DNA of 21,361 bases from a metagenome, in the sequence record NODE_386_length_21361_cov_10.402979. One strand, given 5' to 3'. Below are positions 1 to 21,361 of the stretch, piece after piece. Every line of letters starts with the position of its first letter. Position 1 is the first letter of the stretch. Under the pieces are notes generated by a model, which saw only the letters and a list, made by a program, of their open reading frames with translations, was not told the origin of the DNA and did no database searches. The position numbers and the translations under genes were made by a program.

Positions 1-68
1 TGATACGGCGACCACCGAGATCTACACAAGGAGTATCGTCGGCAGCGTCAGATGTGTATAAGAGACAG
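1..68. other. Illumina Nextera P5-side adapter (technical sequence, not biological)
   Basis: 1-27 TGATACGGCGACCACCGAGATCTACAC is the P5 oligo lacking its first AA. 28-35 AAGGAGTA is an 8-nt i5 index. 36-49 is TCGTCGGCAGCGTC. 50-68 AGATGTGTATAAGAGACAG is the Tn5 mosaic end. Confidence 0.97.
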
Positions 69-353
69 GCGCCGCGCTCCAACGCCGCCGCCTTTTCCTC
101 CCACGTCGTCTCGACGTCCAGCCCGAGCGCGAACGCCATCGCCCTCGCGCGCCCTCGCGCCGCCGCGTCCGCCCCTCGCGCCCGCCTGACCTCCTCGTCC
201 ACCGCCGCGCACACGTCCCGCAGTCTCGGCTCGCGCGCGCGTCCGCTCGCGTCGCGCGCGCGTCGCACGCCGCGCGCGACGACGCGCTCGAGCCAAACGG
301 CCTCGCCGTTCGCGTCCGCGTTCGCGTCGCTCGCGCGCGCGCGCGCCGCCATC

Positions 354-395
354 TCGCGCTATCGCGTCGTCGCGTCGCGCTATCGCGTCGTCGCG
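354..395. repeat. Perfect 2 x 21-bp tandem repeat (TCGCGCTATCGCGTCGTCGCG) upstream of the MTN start
   Basis: Copy 1 is 354-374 and copy 2 is 375-395, identical by eye. The repeat lies 100-140 bp upstream of the ATG at 496. Confidence 0.9.
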
Positions 396-495
396 CCCAT
401 CGCCGCGCGTCGCCGTCGCGCGCGCGCGTCGCGGTGCGCCGTCGCGTCGCGTCGCGCGTCCGCACTCGTCGTCTTCCGCGCTCGACGACGACGCC

Positions 496-1242
496 ATGGC
501 GCCGATCGCGCGCATCGCCGTGCTGTTCGCCATGGACGCCGAGGCGCGACCGCTGATCGACGCCCTCGGGCTGACGCTCGACGCCGACGCGTTCGCGCGC
601 GTCGGCGGCGACGTCCCCATGCGCGTGCACTCGGGAACGCTGAAGTCGGGCGCGCGCGTCGACGTCGTCTGCGCGGGGTCGTGCGCGAGGCACAACGTGT
701 GCAACGTCGGCACGGTCGGCGCGGCGCTGTCGACGTACGAGACGTGCGCGACGCTGCGACCGGACGTGATCGTGAACGCGGGCACGGCGGGAGGGTTCGC
801 GAAGCGCGGCGGCGAGGTCGGCGACGTCTACGTGGCGACGAAGTTTAAGAATCACGATCGACGAATACCGATCCCTGGATACGATAAATACGGCGTCGGT
901 GAGTACGATGCGTGGCCGACGCCGCGGTTGATCGAGGCGCTGGGATGCAAGACCGGGGTGGTGTGCACGGGGAACTCTCTGGACGCCACGGAGACGTGCC
1001 GAGCGCTGCTGGACGAGTTCGAGTGCAGCGTGAAGGAGATGGAGGCGGCGGCGATCGCGCACGTCGCGCACCTATTTAACGTGCCCGTGATCGCGGTGAA
1101 GACGATCACGGACATCGTGGACGGGCCGCAGGCGACGGAGGAGGAGTTTTTGCGAAATTTATCGTCGGCGGCGGACGCGCTGCGCGACGTCGTGCCGCGC
1201 GTCGTCGAATTCCTCGACGGCAAGTCCGTGGACGAGCTGTGA
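496..1242 (+). CDS. MTN: 5'-methylthioadenosine/S-adenosylhomocysteine nucleosidase (plant MTN / bacterial Pfs family)
   Basis: ATG-initiated 248-aa ORF in a GCCATGG context. From memory it is colinear over its full length with plant MTN1/2. Matching motifs are NAGTAGGF, FKNHDRRIPIPGYD, SVKEMEAAAIAHVA, VKTITDIVDG...EEFL and a C-terminal F(L/I)xGK...EL. Confidence 0.9.
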   Translation: MAPIARIAVLFAMDAEARPLIDALGLTLDADAFARVGGDVPMRVHSGTLKSGARVDVVCAGSCARHNVCNVGTVGAALSTYETCATLRPDVIVNAGTAGGFAKRGGEVGDVYVATKFKNHDRRIPIPGYDKYGVGEYDAWPTPRLIEALGCKTGVVCTGNSLDATETCRALLDEFECSVKEMEAAAIAHVAHLFNVPVIAVKTITDIVDGPQATEEEFLRNLSSAADALRDVVPRVVEFLDGKSVDEL

Positions 1243-1386
1243 GGGTCGGCGTTTCCGTCGTCACGGAGTCGATTCGAGCGCGCGTCGCGAGCCGGTGTTG
1301 TTGTAGTGAGACGATAGAACCAGTCGTCCGTCCTTCGTCCGCGCGTCCCGCGCGTCCCGAGACGGTTAGGCGGCCGGCGTCAAACC

Positions 1387-2223
<837 letters not shown>

Positions 2224-2308
2224 CGCGCACGCAGTACGCAACATTTCTGCTCTCTTCATTAAAACAAACAAACGCGCTCGACGGCGGTCGTGTACAAACT
2301 TATTCCAT

Positions 2309-5971
<3,663 letters not shown>

Positions 5972-5984
5972 CTATTCAAGCGTT

Positions 5985-5989
5985 TGTAA
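5985..5989 (+). promoter_or_regulatory. TGTAA motif 14 nt downstream of the RecD2-like stop (candidate algal poly(A) signal)
   Basis: Exact TGTAA at 5985-5989. UGUAA is the known poly(A) signal of chlorophyte algae such as Chlamydomonas; its use in this organism is assumed. Confidence 0.3.
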
Positions 5990-6274
5990 ATCGAACTCTT
6001 CCACGCTCGTTCGAGCGATTTCAAAGCCGTCCCGTCTGAGCGAGTCCCGAAGCCCGAACGAAGCCCAAGGCAACAAACAGACCGCGCGCCTCGGGCACCC
6101 CCTCAGACGAGCGCGCACGGCGACGCCGACGTCCGCCGAAGCGCACGGACGATCCAACACGCTCGCGAGGACGCGTTGGATCCGGCGCGGACCGTTCGCA
6201 CGCCCTCGCGCGCGCGCGCGCCTCGTAAACGCGACGTAATTGGCTCGTTAACCTGTCGAACGCGTTTTTGAGCG

Positions 6275-7702
<1,428 letters not shown>

Positions 7703-7736
7703 TTAGGGCGGCGGCAGCGCGTTTCGCGCGAATATT

Positions 7737-7791
7737 GAATTGTAACATCACCACTCAGTTGTTTTTACGCATCGAATTTCTCTTACAATTC
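7737..7791. repeat. Inverted 9-mer pair GAATTGTAA (7737-7745) / TTACAATTC (7783-7791) in the PDK/PAT1 convergent spacer
   Basis: The two 9-mers are exact reverse complements. Each strand therefore presents TGTAA in the sense orientation of the gene ending on it: 39 nt after the PDK stop and 133 nt after the PAT1 stop. Confidence 0.6.
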
Positions 7792-7919
7792 GCTTTCTAT
7801 CTGATGTGGGTCTCTAACAGACACCATGCAGCCGGGGCTCGTTTGCACGAACACACACGCTATAAAAAACCGCGTTATGCGTTCCGAGTTCCACTGAGCT
7901 GTGCGAGAGTTCGCCGCCC

Positions 7920-16087
<8,168 letters not shown>

Positions 16088-16112
16088 CGAATGAACGCGA
16101 CGCTCGCTCGCA

Positions 16113-19467
<3,355 letters not shown>

Positions 19468-19720
19468 TTCGCGTCCGAGCTGCGGCGATACGTTTTTTGC
19501 GTCGTCACTGATCACGTATACGCCATGTGTCCGAATGTCGCGCGCGCTTTGCGTTTTTTGCGTTTTTTGCGTCGTATTATGTGGCTATGAATCTCATCGA
19601 TCGCGGTGTGGTGATCGCGAGCACCACGCCGCGCGCGCGCGACCGACGGACCGACCGCGCGCCGCGATGGATGAAAGATGTCACGGTCTCGGATGGAGGT
19701 TTAGTGATTTTTAAATAATA

Positions 19721-21047
<1,327 letters not shown>

Positions 21048-21051
<4 letters not shown>

Positions 21052-21292
21052 GCGTCGCGATCGAGCTGAGATACGGCGTCGAGCGGTGCGGGGGGACGTT
21101 TCCGAGCGACGGCGACGTGGGCGCGCTGGTGGAGCGCGCGCGAGGCGCGTTCGAGGGCCTGCGAGGGGTCGCCGCGGGGCGGTTGACGCTGCTCGCGAGC
21201 GGCGGCGCGAGGATTCGAGGCGACGATCGAGGGTTTGATTTGCGCGGTCGAGTGCTCGCGAAACACGAAAGGACGGGGAAGGTTTTGAAAAT
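21048..21292 (+). CDS. Speculative partial ORF with ubiquitin-like-domain character, truncated at the insert end
   Basis: MSVAIELRYGVERCGGTFPSDGDVGALVERARGAFEGLRGVAAGRLTLLASGGARIRGDDRGFDLRG has beta-grasp-like spacing. Its ATG overlaps the upstream TGA (ATGA at 21048-21051). The frame runs directly into the adapter. Confidence 0.25.
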
Positions 21293-21361
21293 CTGTCTCT
21301 TATACACATCTCCGAGCCCACGAGACCGAGGCTGATCTCGTATGCCGTCTTCTGCTTGAAA
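21293..21361. other. Illumina Nextera P7-side adapter (technical sequence, not biological)
   Basis: 21293-21311 CTGTCTCTTATACACATCT is the mosaic-end reverse complement. 21312-21326 is CCGAGCCCACGAGAC. 21327-21334 CGAGGCTG is the i7 index. 21335-21358 ATCTCGTATGCCGTCTTCTGCTTG is P7. A trailing AAA follows. Confidence 0.97.

Noticed and set aside
69-352. A minus-strand open frame from the ATG at 352 running off the insert end (MAARARASDANADANGEAVWLERVV...LGLDVETTWEEKAAALERGA), possibly the 5' part of a gene divergent from MTN.
   Set aside because: There is no recognisable domain, all frames are open here, and it is truncated by the adapter. It is plausible by position (144 bp head-to-head with MTN, ATGs at 352 and 496) but unsupported, so it is not listed as a feature.
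19602-19633. A 12-bp-stem hairpin (CGCGGTGTGGTG, 8-nt loop, CACCACGCCGCG) in the hydrolase/cyclophilin spacer, considered as a terminator or ncRNA.
   Set aside because: No T-run follows it. The context is eukaryotic, so rho-independent termination does not apply. The single wobble becomes an A-C mismatch on the strand on which both neighbours are transcribed. It is too short and isolated to call.

Overview
This is a 21,361-bp contig whose two ends (1-68 and 21293-21361) are untrimmed Illumina Nextera adapter. The 21.2-kb insert (69-21292) is very GC-rich, gene-dense nuclear DNA of a photosynthetic eukaryote, not a prokaryotic locus. Its style resembles a Mamiellophyceae/Micromonas-type green picoalga, but that placement is inference only. 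I can support about 14 protein genes. They are MTA/SAH nucleosidase, a PEX11-like protein, a bacterial-type HU protein (needs a 136-nt intron to obtain a start codon), a RecD2-like SF1 helicase with a near-pure-GC N-terminal extension, and a mitochondrial-type pyruvate dehydrogenase kinase. The rest are PAT1 (mRNA decay), NEMF/Rqc2 (ribosome quality control), a PAO/TIC55-family Rieske oxygenase, a small CURT1-like membrane protein, an mTERF-like protein, a 2OG-Fe(II)-oxygenase-like protein, an alpha/beta hydrolase, and a cyclophilin (needs a 126-nt intron). There is also an intron-containing tRNA-Ala(CGC) with a pol III T-run terminator. I see no CRISPR array, transposase, integrase, phage module or recognisable prokaryotic defence system, and I do not claim a novel system of that kind. 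The ORF track uses bacterial start codons (several of its M residues are GTG or TTG). It also reports many long Arg/Ala-rich antisense shadow ORFs that are artefacts of stop-codon-poor DNA. Items worth follow-up:
- the adapter bracketing of the contig
- two head-to-head gene pairs (HU/RecD2-like and PAT1/NEMF)
- two inferred introns that share sequence blocks (possible introner-like family)
- palindromic AT-rich cores in very short convergent spacers
- perfect coding minisatellites
- a speculative Cys-rich small ORF overlapping a ubiquitin-like ORF by ATGA at the truncated 3' end
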